Shown: piece by piece, positions 63,104 through 64,000 of the stretch
How the letters are laid out: the number at the start of each line of letters is the position of its first letter
Numbering within the stretch: position 1 is the first letter of the stretch
Assembly: GCF_964204865.1 (NCBI RefSeq)
Contig: NC_135252.1
Span: 11,408,001-11,472,000 of the forward strand
Source of the DNA: Styela clava
Lineage: Eukaryota
DNA length: 64,000 nt
Direction: 5' to 3'
Position numbers and translations under genes: made by a program
The notes under the pieces: generated by a model
What the model saw: the letters and a program-made list of their open reading frames with translations, nothing else
What the model was told of the DNA's origin: nothing
Database searches by the model: none

Positions 63104-64000
63104 TTTAAAGTATGCTTTGTAAAAAATACAATAAAATAATTTATATGCAGCTGCATACCTTTATACTATGACTTTGAATATTGTAATGCATTAATTTTGC
63201 CAACTATGTTTCATATTTTTCAAACAGCTTAAACACAATTATTGTTATGAGATTTGGTTTAAGATTTGAGTTTATATATAAATATAACATCAACATTGCA
63301 ATACTATAAACTGATTAACTAAAATATCAAGGAATGAATGATGTATTATACAATACCGACAAAACAAACTATACTGAATTAGTCAATCTAGCTTGAATCT
63401 CAAGCTTGGTGTGCGTTTCACAATTAACCAACCTCAAGATTTACATTAATTTCTACTATTGTTTTTAACTTCGGTGATGAAATTTATTTCCTAACCAACA
63501 ATAGACCTCGTTCACAAGAATGATTTCACGGAATAGTTTCTGACAACACCGAGATTATTTGTATTCGTGTAGCGGAAAGACACCAAATAATAACAGATTT
63601 AACGAGTGATAACCAATTGCTTGAGTCTCTGTAACCTTACAAAATGAATTGGATACTGGTTGGCTAATGAAGACGTCGACGCCTTTAGGCTATCCTATAA
63701 AACGTTTCTGATCGTCATTAAAACTTTTACATTAATTTAATTTTACAGCAAATGGAAACAAACACAAACACCGACTTTAATGACTGCTATGAATAAACGC
63801 TGAGTTTCAATTTTATATACCGGTGAAAATATTTTTTCTTTAAACTTCTTTATTTCTAATGTTGAACCAAATGACAAAACGAAGAAAAAGGGAACTTATC
63901 ATTTCTACGTGTTTTTTTCTTTGGTAATATAATAACATTGATAGATTGAATAGTTTTGCTAGTCATAAACTACAACTGCTTTGTAGATATTGTATGTAAC

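Overview
This is AT-rich eukaryotic (animal) genomic DNA with short GT-AG introns. The architecture suggests an invertebrate deuterostome such as an ascidian, but that is inference only. Hand-splicing gives a cluster of five secreted, cysteine-rich mosaic genes, all built from thrombospondin type-1 (TSP1) repeats and all ending in an ShK-toxin-like (ShKT) domain. G1 (+, 575-4333, 5'-partial): TSP1/ShKT. G2 (-, 9997-18014, ~895 aa): SP-ShKT-EGF-cbEGF-trypsin-8xTSP1-ShK variant-ShKT, with every hallmark of an active protease. G3 (+, 26589-28988, ~256 aa): SP-ShKT-3xTSP1-ShKT. G4 (+, 31892-41391, ~1065 aa): a G2 paralogue that keeps the His/Asp/Ser triad but has lost both the IxxG activation N-terminus and Asp194. 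G5 (-, 51991-63103, ~652 aa): SP, acidic propeptide, furin site, unassigned domains, 6xTSP1, ShKT. All five genes share a phase-2 intron in the last TSP1 repeat before the ShK module, and three carry a vicinal-Cys ShK variant. An inverted, frameshifted relic of the G2 terminal exon and 3'UTR lies at ~23.2-23.7 kb. Intergenic DNA holds hAT-type MITEs with 8-bp TSDs, a DINE-1/HINE-like repeat family, a decayed pogo-like DDE+PHD transposase and local duplications. The gene models were spliced by eye and need transcript confirmation.
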